This document shows positions 1-10,990 of a stretch of DNA of 64,000 nt, piece after piece (position 1 is the stretch's first letter; the number at the start of each line of letters is the position of its first letter). The notes under the pieces are model-generated. The model made no database searches and was not told the DNA's origin. It saw only the letters and a list, made by a program, of their open reading frames with translations. The translations under genes and the position numbers were made by a program. The stretch is from Macrostomum lignano. Its lineage: Eukaryota. Where the stretch lies: assembly GCA_002269645.1 (NCBI GenBank), contig NIVC01000020.1:1054001-1118000 (forward strand), read 5' to 3'.

Positions 1-41
1 TCTGTGTCCGCTCCGCAATTCAATTGTTTTTGCACTTCCAG

Positions 42-148
42 TTGTAGCCGAAAAATACTTTAAAGTGTACTTTAGCGCTGTGCTCAAACGAGATTATAAA
101 GTGCAGCACCAGCAGCGCATCTGCGACAAAGTGTTCCACCGCGTCCTG
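42..148 (+). CDS. Alternative (putatively mutually exclusive) exon E1 of C14orf93-like gene A
   Basis: Acceptor ttgcacttccag|, donor |gtaggt; 107 nt, phase 1->0; encodes xVAEKYFKVYFSAVLKRDYKVQHQQRICDKVFHRVL with no stops; homologous to E2-E5. Not in the ORF track. Confidence 0.8.
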
Positions 149-255
149 GTAGGTGTGCGCAGCTGATCAGCGCCCAGCACCTGCCCGCTACATTAGCCCG
201 ATTGGCGAGTGTTTGAAGATGCACAATTCCATGCATATAATGTGTATTGTTGCAG

Positions 256-350
256 AGCGGGCGCTGAGTTACTACTCGGGCTATTTCCGCTGCGTATTGC
301 GGCGCGATTATAGGCAGGATTATCTAAAGAATAGCTTCCATCGAATCTGG
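256..350 (+). CDS. Alternative exon E2 of gene A
   Basis: tattgttgcag| ... |gtacgt; 95 nt, phase 1->0; xRALSYYSGYFRCVLRRDYRQDYLKNSFHRIW aligns to E1 (YF..VL.RDY, FHR) with a 4-codon gap. Confidence 0.8.
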
Positions 351-419
351 GTACGTGTCTGCGCCCCGTGTAGCCAAACCCTACCGTGTCTGGCTCACAA
401 GATGCATACTCAGCAGCAG

Positions 420-606
420 CTAACCACCCCCCCCACTCACGCTGCCACAAGGGCCAAAAGTTTTGCATTCCATCGGTGATTGAGAAATGGGCGAAGGCTG
501 CGCTTCAGGGACAGGAACGTCAAAGTCTCCAGACACGAACCCCATCGAGCATGTCTGGCACTTCGTAAAGCGAAGAGTTCAGCAGCTGGTGTCTGGCAGA
601 ATGTGA
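420..606 (+). mobile_element. Degenerate Tc1/IS630-type transposase relic
   Basis: The frame starting at 526 reads SPDTNPIEHVWHFVKRRVQ, matching the Tc1 SPDLNPIExxW motif; a frameshifted QQQLTTPPTHAATRAK upstream resembles the QDNAPxH motif. No TIRs seen. Confidence 0.55.
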
Positions 607-896
607 TAATAGTACATTTGATTCTAGACAGGGCAATAGGGGCTCGGAAAATTCGGCGGGTTTTGTGGATAGGAGGCGATGATGAGAGTGGGGTAAGCAG
701 CACGGGTCTGGAATGATAGGGTTTGAGGGGCGATCGATATCAACAATGTGCATAGCATATTGAGTGAAGCGGGGCATTGGCAGACCAGGCTGTGTCCCTC
801 CATTCTGCCGCCGGCTCTCTGCAACGTCCCAGCCAATTTTTGTTGCTCCATTGTTTGTTAGGGGGCTGACTGACCCTGAACTGCCTGTTGTTGCAG

Positions 897-1003
897 GAGG
901 CTGCTCCGCCTACCTTAGCTCCTACTATCGCAGGTACCTAAAGTTTAAATATGTCAGCTCAGAGCGCAGCCAGCAGTGTCGGCACACGGTGCTCAGTCTT
1001 ATA
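897..1003 (+). CDS. Alternative exon E3 of gene A
   Basis: ctgttgttgcag| ... |gtaagt; 107 nt, phase 1->0; xGCSAYLSSYYRRYLKFKYVSSERSQQCRHTVLSLI. Confidence 0.8.
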
Positions 1004-1109
1004 GTAAGTTGCGCCTCCCCTGCCAGTTGGGGCTCGGGCGCCTGCAATGCTTCCCCTTGCACTTGGTTGAGAAAATCACTGCTAAGAAACTCCTTCCCCG
1101 CCCCTGCAG

Positions 1110-1216
1110 CCCAGTCGCTAAAGTACTTTGGCGGGCATTATCGCAAGAATCTGCAGTGCGCATTTAAGGTCAACAAGCGGCAGTCGGACACTCGAAGCAT
1201 TGTTCGGATTAGCCTG
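1110..1216 (+). CDS. Alternative exon E4 of gene A
   Basis: ccccgcccctgcag| ... |gtcagt; 107 nt, phase 1->0; xQSLKYFGGHYRKNLQCAFKVNKRQSDTRSIVRISL. Confidence 0.8.
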
Positions 1217-1332
1217 GTCAGTTAGTGCGTTTCCTGATTTGTTTGTTAGAGCTGATCGGCCCAGCAACTCTCGGAAAGGGCAGCTCTCACTGCGCTTGTC
1301 TAGGCTAATTCTGTGTTAGCAATTCTTTATAG

Positions 1333-1439
1333 AGGCCGGATTCAAGTACCTTGGCAGCTGGTTTAATAAGAATCTCAAGCGGGATTTTAAACAGCAGCAG
1401 CAGCAGAGCAAGCTGAACTCAATCTTTCTTGTGCAAACT
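1333..1439 (+). CDS. Alternative exon E5 of gene A
   Basis: aattctttatag| ... |gtgagt; 107 nt, phase 1->0; xAGFKYLGSWFNKNLKRDFKQQQQQSKLNSIFLVQT. Not in the ORF track. Confidence 0.8.
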
Positions 1440-1664
1440 GTGAGTGCGGACTCGGCTTTGCGCTGTGTTGTGGTGATGAATAGCAGTGAGCATTCGCACT
1501 GTCTGAGCAGGGGTGAGAGCCTGATTTGTCTGGTTCAGTTGTGTCTGCTGCTAAAGCTATTTTCCTTGTTTGAACTGCCGAGGGTAAGTCTATTGTGCGA
1601 CTCTCCCGGCTGCTCTATCCGCGTTCTGCCGAGAACTCTTGGTAACTGGCTTCTAATTTAGTAA

Positions 1665-2672
1665 ATCCCCATCCCACCAGCCCGAGAATCCCATCCCATC
1701 TACCTGAGAATCCCATCCCATCTCATCTACCTGAGAATCCCCATCCCATCACCCCGAGAATCCCATCTCACCTACCTGAGAATCCCCATCCCATCAGCCC
1801 AGGAATCCCATCTCATCTACCTGAGAATCCCATCCCATCTCACCTACCTGAGAATCCCCATCCCATCAGCCCAGGAATCCCATCTCACCTACCTAAGAGT
1901 CCCCATCCCACCAGCCCGAGAATCCCATCCCATCTACCTGAGAATCCCATCCCATCTCATCTACCTGAGAATCCCCATCCCATCACCCTGAGAATCCCAT
2001 CTCACCTACCTGAGAATCCCCATCCCATCAGCCCAGGAATCCCATCTCACCTACCTAAGAGTCCCCATCCCACCAGCCCGAGAATCCCATCTCATCTACC
2101 TGAGAATCCCATCCCATCTCACCTACCTGAGAATCCCCATCCCATCAGCCCAGGAATCCCATCTCACCTACCTAAGAGTCCCCATCCCACCAGCCCGAGA
2201 ATCCCATCTCATCTACCTGAGAATCCCATCCCATCTCACCTACCTGAGAATCCCCATCCCATCAGCCCAGGAATCCCATCTCACCTACCTAAGAGTCCCC
2301 ATCCCACCAGCCCGAGAATCCCATCCCATCTACCTGAGAATCCCATCCCATCTCATCTACCTGAGAATCCCCATCCCATCACCCTGAGAATCCCATCTCA
2401 CCTATTTGAGAAACTCCATCCCATCACCCCGAGAATCCCATCTCACCTACCTAAGAATCCCCATCCCATCAGCCCCAGAATCCCATCTCATCCAGTCCGA
2501 GAATCCCATCTCGTCCAGCCCGAGAATCCCATCTCATCCAGCCCCAGAATCCCATCTCATCCAGCCCCAGAATCCCATCTCATCCAGCCCCAGAATCCCA
2601 TCTAATCCAGGCCGAGCATCCCATCTCATCCAGTCCGATAATCCCATCTAATCCAGGCCGAGAATCCCATCC
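1665..2672. repeat. Intronic composite minisatellite (ccccatcccatc / cccgagaatcccatctcacctacctgagaat)
   Basis: Higher-order tandem repetition of ~19-22-bp subunits, ending just before the acceptor at 2698. Confidence 0.9.
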
Positions 2673-2698
2673 TGACCCGCCGGTCCCCGCCCCCGCAG

Positions 2699-3067
2699 AA
2701 GCTGAACCGGCGCCAGAAGAGCTACGAGGCCCTGAAGCCCAACCTCGACCAGACCGCCCAGACAAAATACGAGAGCGTGCTCAACAGGGACTACACCAGC
2801 TCGGATGAAGAAGGCGGTGCCGACTTGGACTCTGAGATGAAGGTGCGCAGCCTCCCTTGGGAGAGCGCCGAGCTGCGCGAGATGAAGCGTCGATTAGACG
2901 AAGTTTTCCTCGAACGCCTCGCCGACGACAAGCAGCGTGCGGACGTTTTGCGGCTGCAGCGGGACCCAGCTGTGCTGTCCAGCCGCCCGCCTCCCGCCGA
3001 CCAGCTCGACTGGGCGCGCGACCCAGCCTGGACGGCGTCTCATCCGCCTGGCGGCGCCACTCAATAA
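2699..3067 (+). CDS. Constant last exon of gene A (C14orf93/DUF4616-like C-terminal region)
   Basis: ccccgcag|AAG, phase 0; KLNRRQKSYEALKPNLDQTAQTKYESVLNRDYTSSDEE...KVRSLPWESAELREMKRRLD...SSRPPPADQLDW...stop. Clear paralog of 7006-7380. The family assignment is from recalled motif similarity (SxEE..VRxLxWxS..LD..SxRPPP), not from a search. Confidence 0.8.
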   Translation, partial: KLNRRQKSYEALKPNLDQTAQTKYESVLNRDYTSSDEEGGADLDSEMKVRSLPWESAELREMKRRLDEVFLERLADDKQRADVLRLQRDPAVLSSRPPPADQLDWARDPAWTASHPPGGATQ

Positions 3068-4067
3068 CTGAGACGGCGCCAAGGACTGCGGAGAACTGAC
3101 TTGACTCCTTCCCTACCCCTCCCCTTCATTTCATTTCCCCATCCCCTTATTTCCCCATCGCTCTTCATTTCCCCATCCCTTTTTCCTTATCCCCTCATTT
3201 GCTCATCTCTCTTCACTTCCCCAACCCCTCATTCCCCCTTCTAATGTCCTCATCATATTCTCATTTTCTGGCTACTGAAGATGGGGCGCTGCTCCCCCAG
3301 CTCATACAAATTCCATTGGCGGCTCTCCCCATTAAATTGCGCTGGCAGGATTGAGAAAATCGGTTGACTGGTCTGGATGTTTGTCCAGAGGAATTATTCC
3401 TAGCTAAGCTTTACTGTGACAAACCCTCCTTTGGCAAACTGATTTAACGAGACCAACTCAAAATTGAGAGTGCAGCGCCCTTCACTGCAGTAGAACCGGG
3501 CCCCTCACACCCCGTATGGTCGAATCCCTATTCACGAGTCGAGTATTGTATAATGTCAAGTCGCTCATTGCTGTGAACTGACTGCTTTTTAACACTGCCA
3601 CAAGCCCCCTAATTGTTTGCATTTTCCTCCCATTGTTCAACTGTAATTCTCCCCCAATGGTTGTCCGGCACATCCGCAACCTTTGGGTTCCGCTTGATCG
3701 CCCGGAGTCCGGGCGCATTTTCGCTTCTGTAATTCGCTTCCGCCCTGCCTGGCGGCTGATGTTCGTCTTTGCTTATTATAAATGATTACTGCTATGTATT
3801 TCATTACTGTCACTGTTCTGCTATTGACTATGCTGTGCTGTTGTGTTCTCAATCAGTTCTCAAATATACGGCCAGTCTATCATCTTAGCACCTGTATTTA
3901 CTCACCCGGTCACACTGCTCCGCTCTGTGACCACCGACTTGACAGTAAAGCAAGGATATGAATTTGTTGCAGAATTCCTCAGCAGTAAGTAGGCTTAATA
4001 CTACTTATTAATCCCTAGATAGCAGTCAGAGTCCAGAACCGATTCATGGCCAGTTTAAGCAACGCAA

Positions 4068-4432
4068 AACTGCTCAGTCAGAGGTTCGTTCGTTTTTATG
4101 ACCAACTGCTCAGTCACTGAGGTTCGTTGGTTTTGTCTATGACCAACTGCTCAGTCACTGAGGTTCGTTGGTTTTGTCTATGACCAACTGCTCAGTCACT
4201 GAGGTTCGTTGGTTTTGTCTATGACCAACTGCTCAGTCACTGAGGTTCGTTGGTTTTGTCTATGACCAACTGCTCAGTCACTGAGGTTCGTTGGTTTTGT
4301 CTATGACCAACTGCTCAGTCACTGAGATTCGTTGGTTTTGTCTATGACCAACTGCTCAGTCACTGAGGTTCGTTGGTTTTGTCTATGACCAACTGCTCAG
4401 TCACTGAGGTTCGTTGGTTTTGCCTATGACCA
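4068..4432. repeat. 41-bp minisatellite, ~9 copies
   Basis: Unit gaccaactgctcagtcactgaggttcgttggttttgtctat. Confidence 0.95.
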
Positions 4433-4594
4433 AATCTGACTCGTCTTAGCAAATTCCGCCAGTAATTCGCACTCAATATGCCCATGAGTAAAAGTAGGCC
4501 AGTAGAACTAGATGCATTTTTTGCATTGTGTGGATTTGTAGTCAGCTGTGTGTTGAAAACCATTTTTGCAGCAGACCGACTAGTTTGCCCAGCA

Positions 4595-7380
4595 ATGGCC
4601 GCCGCCGTCCTTCAGCACCAGCAGCAGCAGCAGCCGGCTTTCTCTACGCTGACCCTGTTCGAGTCCACCCTGATGAACGCGGGCATGCTGCTGGACAGCA
4701 TGACTCTGGACGACCTGTGCGCCGCGCTGCGCCTCATCAACAACCTGCACCTGCAGCTGGTGGACATCATGCAGCCCTCGGCCGCTGATGTGCAGCTCCG
4801 GCTCGTCCGCGCCGAGCACCGACTGGCCGAGGCGGCGCCGCTGCCGCTGCCTGTGCAGCAGCCGTCTGCGCAGGAGTCTGAGCCGCAGATCCCAGCAGAT
4901 CGGAAGCGGCCTCTGCAACATTCTGCTGAGGAATTCCGCGAGTCCAAGGTTCGCTTGGCTGACACTAACGGCGAGGCTGGCGGCGGCTGCGGCATTCTCG
5001 TTCACCAAGTCAACTCCGCCGACAACTTCAACGAGGCAGCTGACGATGAAGCGGCGCTCGTTGACGATTCGGAGTCTGCCGCGCACCGAACTGCCGGCTG
5101 TCCATCAATCTTGAGCTGCAGCGGCGGAGAATTTTCCAGCTCTGCCAACAACTGCTGGAGCGGCAACGTTCGGGTGAGCTGCTGGCCTGGCTAGTCTGAG
5201 CACTCTAGTCTGTGTCTGGGCACTCGTTAGTGTCTGAGCACTCTAGTCTGTGCCTGGGCACTCGTTAGTGTCTGAGCACTCTAGTCTGTGCCTGGGCACT
5301 CGTTAGTGTCTGAGCACTGTAGTCTGTGTCTGGGCACTCGTTAGTGTCTGAGCACTCTAGTCTGTGCCTGGGCACTCGTTAGTGTCTGAGCACTCTAGTC
5401 TGTGCCTGGGCACTCGTTAGTGTCTGAGCACTCTAGTCATTGTCTGGGCACTCGTTAGTGTCTGAGCACTCTAGTCTGTGCCTCGGCACTCGTTAGTGTC
5501 TGAGCACTCTAGTCATTGTCTGGGCACTCGTTAGTGTCTGAGCACTCTAGTCTGTGCCTCGGTACTCGTTAGTGTCTGAGCACTCTAGTCATTGTCTGGG
5601 CACTCGTTAGTGTCTGAGCACTCTAGTCTGTGCCTCGGCACTCGTTAGTGTCTGAGCACTCTAGTCATTGTCTGGGCACTCGTTAGTGTCTGAGCACTCT
5701 AGTCTGTGCTTGGGCACTCGTTAGTGTCTGAGCACTCTAGTCTGTGCCTGGGCACTCGTTAGTGTCTGAGCACTCTAGTCATTGTCTGGGCACTCGTTAG
5801 TGTCTGAGCACTCTAGTCTGTGCCTCGGCACTCGTTAGTGTCTGAGCACTCTAGTCTGTGTCTGTGCACTCGTTAGTGTCTGAGTACTGTAGTCTGTGTC
5901 TGGGCACTCGTTAGTGTCTGAGCACTGTAGTCTGTGTCTGGGCACTTTGTCTGGGCACTCGTTAGTGTCTGAGCACTCTAGTCTGTGTCTGTGCACTCGT
6001 TAGTGTCTGAGTACTTTAGTCTGTGTCTGGGCACTCTAGTTTGAGAGTTTCAGTTGAATGAAATCAAGCAGAAGCAGAAATTTGCCCACAGAACATACTG
6101 CAAGAGGCTTACAAGAAGCTCCGAGGCAGCGGTCCTCACTTGTTCGACTTCTCCAAGAGGTAGGGTGCGCGCCTAGTTGGCTACTCAATCAGTGCTCACT
6201 CAGCCACCTCCCCAAGCCCTGCAAGCCGCTTTCCCTTGCCGCCCTCAGCTGGGAGCACTCGGTCAATCAGGACGCGGCTCGCAGCGTCTTGGACTTGGTG
6301 AGGGATGAATCTGGCATCGAGGCCGACGAGGACACCTGGAAAAGTGAGTCTTTAGCCAGTCTTTATTGCTGCATTGCTTGCGCGACTCTCGAGTCAGTCA
6401 TAGTCAAACCGGAATGCCGCCCGCAGAGCTGTACCAGTACTACCTGCGGGAGAGCAAGCGGGTCCAGTGCAACAGGCGGACTGCCGCCCGCTGCAACCGG
6501 ATGAAGGCGGTGAGGCTTTTTGGAATACAGATTCTCATTTGTGTCCTTAACCGTGGTGCTAGCCAGAATTAGCCCCCATTAACTGAGAAAAATCGCCCCC
6601 CTACACCAATTGAGAATCGTCCGTGCACCTAGTGAGAATCGCCCCGTACACCTAGCGAGAATCGCCCCGTACACCTAGTGAGAATCGCCCCGTACACCTA
6701 GCGAGAATCGCCCGTGCACCTAGCGAGAATCGCCCCGTACACCTAGTGAGAATCGCCCCGTACACCTAGCGAGAATCGCCCCGTACACCTAGTGAGAATC
6801 GCCCCGTACACCTAGTGAGAACCGCCCCGTACACCTAGTGAGAATCGCCCCGTACACCTAGTGAGAATCGCCCCGTACACCTAGTGAGAATCGCCCCGTA
6901 CACCTAGTGAGAATCGCCCGTGCACCTAGTGAGAATCGCCCCGTACACCTAGTGAGAATCGCCCCGTACACCTAGTGAGAATCGCCAATCCCCATCGCAT
7001 CGCAGAAGCTCGGCCGGCGCCAGAAGGCATTCGAGTCTCTGCTGCCGCACCTGTCCCCAGACGAGCTCAACCAGTTCCGCGCCGTGCTGTCCCGGGATTT
7101 CACCTCCTCAGACGAGGAAGACGAGACCGCCTCAGGCAGCGGTGAGGCCGAGGACGAGCAGGCGAATCTGCGGGTGCGCAGCCTGGTGTGGGAATCCGCC
7201 GCCGTCGCCGACATCAAGCGCCGCCTGGATGACACCTTCTATGCCCGCTTCGCCACCGTCAAGCAGCGCGCCCAGCTCGCCCGCTGCCAGCGTTTCGACG
7301 GCGCTGAAAGCAACCGGGGGCCGCCCCCGGGAGCTCCTGACTGGGCCGTCCGCTCCGATCCCACCAGCTCCGCGTTTTGA
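4595..7380 (+). CDS. Gene B: 5-exon C14orf93/DUF4616-like protein, paralog of gene A
   Basis: Exons 4595-5173, 6092-6159, 6249-6343, 6427-6509, 7006-7380; all GT-AG and phase-compatible (0,2,1,0). Spliced product ...GNVR|NILQEAYKKLRGSGPHLFDFSK|SWEHSVNQDAARSVLDLVRDESGIEADEDTWK|KLYQYYLRESKRVQCNRRTAARCNRMKA|KLGRRQKAF...RDFTSSDEE...VRSLVWES...LDD...SNRGPPPGAPDW. Confidence 0.85.
5192..6040. repeat. 38-bp intronic minisatellite, ~22 copies
   Basis: Unit gtctgagcactctagtctgtgcctgggcactcgttagt; fills intron 1 of gene B. Confidence 0.95.
6611..6986. repeat. 23-bp intronic minisatellite, ~16 copies
   Basis: Unit gagaatcgccccgtacacctagt; in intron 4 of gene B. Confidence 0.95.
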
Positions 7381-7935
7381 GTCTCCCCCTCCCGTCTGAG
7401 TCTCCCCCTCCCGTCTGAGTCTCCCCTCATCTGAGTCTCCCCCTCCCGTCTGAGTCTCCCCTCATCTGAGTCTCCCCCCTCCCATCTGAGTCTCCCCTCA
7501 TCTGAGTCTCCCCCTCCCGTCTGAGTCTCCCCTCATCTGAGTCTCCCCTCTCCCATCTGAGTCTCCCCTCATCTGAGTCTCCCCCTCCCGTCTGAGTCTC
7601 CCCTCATCTGAGTCTCCCCCCTCCCATCTGAGTCTCCCCCCTCCCATCTGAGTCTCCCCCCTCCCATCTGAGTCTCCCCCCTCCCATCTGAGTCTCCCCT
7701 CATCTGAGTCTCCCCCTCCCATCTGAGTCTCCCCTCATCTGAGTCTCCCCCCTCCCGTCTGAGTCTCCCCCTCCCGTCTGAGTCTCCCCCTCCAGTCTGA
7801 GTCTCCCCCTCCAGTCTGAGTCTCCCCCTATCCGAGTCTCCCCCTCCCGTCTGAATCTCTCCCCCCTCCAGTCTGAGTCTCCCCCATCTGAGTCTCCGCC
7901 TCCCATCTGAGTCTCCCCCGTCTGAATCTCTCCCC
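7378..7935. repeat. ~19-bp minisatellite beginning at the gene B stop codon
   Basis: Unit ctgagtctccccctcccgt and variants; the first copy overlaps the TGA at 7378-7380. Confidence 0.9.
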
Positions 7936-8289
7936 ATTCCCCTACGTATGTGGCAGCTATCGCCGGGATTCGAGCCCGGGTCACCCCGCATTCGTGCCCC
8001 CATCGACCTGAATCTGTCACAATTCACGCCGGCCAGTCAGTGTTCATGTGATTCGCTAACTGATTTTAACTGTTTTCTCGCTTCCTCCCTGACTGGTCCC
8101 CTGTTCGCTTTGCGCTCAAGTTTGATTGTATTGTAAATAAATCATTGGCTGTTCTAGTCATATTAATGTCGGCTACCGTACTGAGCGGCTGTGCTGCAAA
8201 CTCATGGTCAGCATTGTGTTGCTCCTGTTTGCTGTTTATTTAAATTCTGAGCGAGGCAGCATGCACCTGCTTGCTCTGTGCCAAGTTTG

Positions 8290-8595
8290 CGTGTGACTCT
8301 GTAGCCTTCACATGCCTGTGCTGTGTGATTCTGTAGCCTTCACATGCCTGTGCTGTGTGATTTTGTAGCTTTCACATGCCTGTGCTGTGTGATTCTGTAG
8401 CTTTCACATGCCTGTGCTGTGTGATTCTGTAGCTTTCACATGCCTGTGCTGTGTGATTCTGTAGCTTTCACATGCCTGTGCTGTGTGATTCTGTAGCTTT
8501 CACATGCCTGTGCTGTGTGAACTGCGGTTGATTCTGTAGCTTTCACATGCCTGTGCTGTGTGAACTGCGGTTGATTCTGTAGCTTTCACATGCCT
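8290..8595. repeat. 32-bp minisatellite, ~8 copies
   Basis: Unit gtgtgattctgtagctttcacatgcctgtgct. Confidence 0.9.
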
Positions 8596-8993
8596 CCGGG
8601 TCGCTGGTGTGCCGCTATTTGAAGATGCGGCTCGTGCAGGACTGCAGGTGACTCCAGCATTTGTTCCCGCACTGACTGTCAGAGTTCGTCTGCTGATAAG
8701 CAGACAGCGCGGAGTTCATGCGAGGGCGCGAATGCATAAAGCATGTGTAGTTTTGTTCAGCCTGGCTAATTGGTGGAGCCTTGGCCAGGCCAGCTGAGGA
8801 AAATCGAAAGGGAGAGAAACGCAGTATGACCAGGGTTCGATTTCACTCTCAGCTAAGCTTACACTGATTGATAACTCTGCTGTAAGATAGGTATTAGTGA
8901 GATGGGCATATTTCAGCTCAAGCCCTAAGCTGCTAATTTCACCTGAGCTGCCGAGTTGCAGATCAAATAAAGATAATTTATACCTGTGCTCTC

Positions 8994-9030
8994 TACGAGG
9001 GGTGTCCCAAAAGTTCCCAAATAGCAATTT
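8994..9030 (+). mobile_element. Orphan mariner-type left terminus
   Basis: TA|cgaggggtgtcccaaaag matches the outer part of the mariner TIR at 40245-40275; no partner TIR seen nearby. Confidence 0.4.
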
Positions 9031-9387
9031 TGCGCAGGTACACGACTGCAGTTTCATCAAAGTTGCACCATATTTTTATCATAGTTTTCTCAGAGTTATG
9101 GCGAAAAATGCAACAGATAAGAATAGCTGAAATTTAACTGTGCTTAGGTAGCGGTCTTTTACTTTGTTAAAGAAACTTGACTATTTTCATATCTAAAAAA
9201 ATTGAAAGAAGCCATGCTTCTCGCCTTTGCATTTTGCAACTGGAAAGATCTGCGAGTATGGCGTCTTTGTGCTTCGGTTGTATACTGTATGCATTAAAGT
9301 TATCTGCCTTTGTAATATTGTGTAAACTTGAAACACAACATTAATTTCTATTGCCCTGCCATTAGTTTTAGCGATACTGTATGCGTA

Positions 9388-10990
9388 ATACCACCAAATC
9401 TAAGCGCAATTCCACCGAATCCAAGCGCAATACCACCAAATTTAAGCGCGATTCCACCGAATCCAAGCACAATACCACCAAATCTAAGCGCAATTCCACC
9501 GAATCCAAGCGCAATACCACCAAATCTAAGCGCGATTCCACCGAATCCAAGCGCAATACCACCAAATCTAAGCGCGATTCCACCGAATCCAAGCGCAATA
9601 CCACCAAATCTAAGCGCGATTCCACCGAATCCAAGCACAATACCACCAAATCTAAGCGCAATTCCACCGAATCCAAGCGCAATACCACCAAATCTAAGCG
9701 CAATTCCACCGAATCCAAGCGCAATACCACCAAATCGAGGTAAAAGTCCATCAAATCTAAGCGCATTACCACCAAATCGAGGCGAAGGTCCATCAAATCT
9801 AAGCGCAATACCACCAAATCGAGGCAAAAGTTCATCAAATCTAAGCGCAATATCACCAAATCGAGGCAAAAGTTCATCAAATCTAAGCGCAATACCACCA
9901 AATCGAGGCGAAGGTCCATCAAATCTAAGCGCAATACCACCAAATCGAGGCAAAAGTTCATCAAATCTAAGCGCAATATCACCAAATCGAGGCGAAGGTC
10001 CATCAAATCTAAGCGCAATACCACCAAATCGAGGCGAAGGTCCATCAAATCTAAGCGCAATACCACCAAATCGAGGCGAAGGTCCATCAAATCTAAGCAC
10101 AATACCACCAAATCGAGGCAAAAGTCCACAAGATCTAAGCGCAATACCACCAAATCGAGGCAAAAGTCCGCAAGATCTAAGCGCAATACCACCAAATCGA
10201 GGCAAAAGTCCACAAGATCTAAGCGCAATACCACCAAATCGAGGCAAAAGTCAACTAAATCTAAGCGCGAGTCCACCAACTCTAAGCGCAATTCCACCCA
10301 GTAAGCGCAATTCCACCCAGTGTAAGCGCAATTCCACCCAGTGTAAGCGCAATTCCACCTAGTATAAGCGCAATTCCACCCAGTAAGCGCAATTCCACCC
10401 AGTGTAAGCGCAATTCCACCCAGTAAGCGCAATTCAACCCAGTGTAAGCGCAATTCCACCCAGTGTAAGCGCAATTCCACCCAGTGTAAGCCCAATTCCA
10501 CCAAATATAAGCGGAATTCAACACAGTGTAAGCGCGATTCCACCAAATCTAAGCGGAATTCAATCCAGTGTAAGCGCAATTCCACCCAGTGTAAGCGCAA
10601 TTCCACCAAATCTAAGCGCAACTCCACCCAGTGTAAGCGCAATTCCACCAAATCTAAGCGGAATTCAATCCAGTGTAAGCGCAACTCCACCCAGTGTAAG
10701 CGCAATTCCACCAAATCTAAGCGCAACTCCACCCAGTGTAAGCGCAATTCCACCAAATATAAGCCCAATTCCACCCAGTGTAAGCGCAATTCCATCTAGT
10801 AAAAGCGCAATTCCACCCATTAAGCGCAATTCCACCCAGTGTAAGCGCAATTCCACCAAATCTAAGCGCAATTCCACCTAATCTAAGCCCAATTCCACCC
10901 AGTGTAAGCGCAATTCCACCCAGTGTAAGCGCAATTCCACCCAGTGTAAGCGCAATTCCACCAAATCTAAGCACAATTCCACCATACCAC
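9388..10990. repeat. 21/39-bp evolving minisatellite array
   Basis: Units aagcgcaattccaccgaatcc / aagcgcaataccaccaaatct, then 39-bp and 21-bp derivatives; explains the spurious long ORFs at 9328-10998. Confidence 0.95.

Noticed and set aside
583-692. Possible sixth array exon (cag|...|gtaagc, 110 nt, or 628-692, both phase 1->0)
   Set aside because: The translation lacks the Y6/aromatic 10-11/aromatic 19 pattern and overlaps the Tc1 relic; compatible phase alone is weak evidence.
1539-1583. Phase 0-0 mini-exon candidate LCLLLKLFSLFELPR|gtaagt
   Set aside because: No counterpart in paralog gene B, which joins the variable-position exon directly to KLGRR; probably cryptic sites.
4068-6040. 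CRISPR-like appearance of the 38- and 41-bp repeat arrays
   Set aside because: Units are head-to-tail with no unique spacers, there are no cas genes, and the context is eukaryotic.
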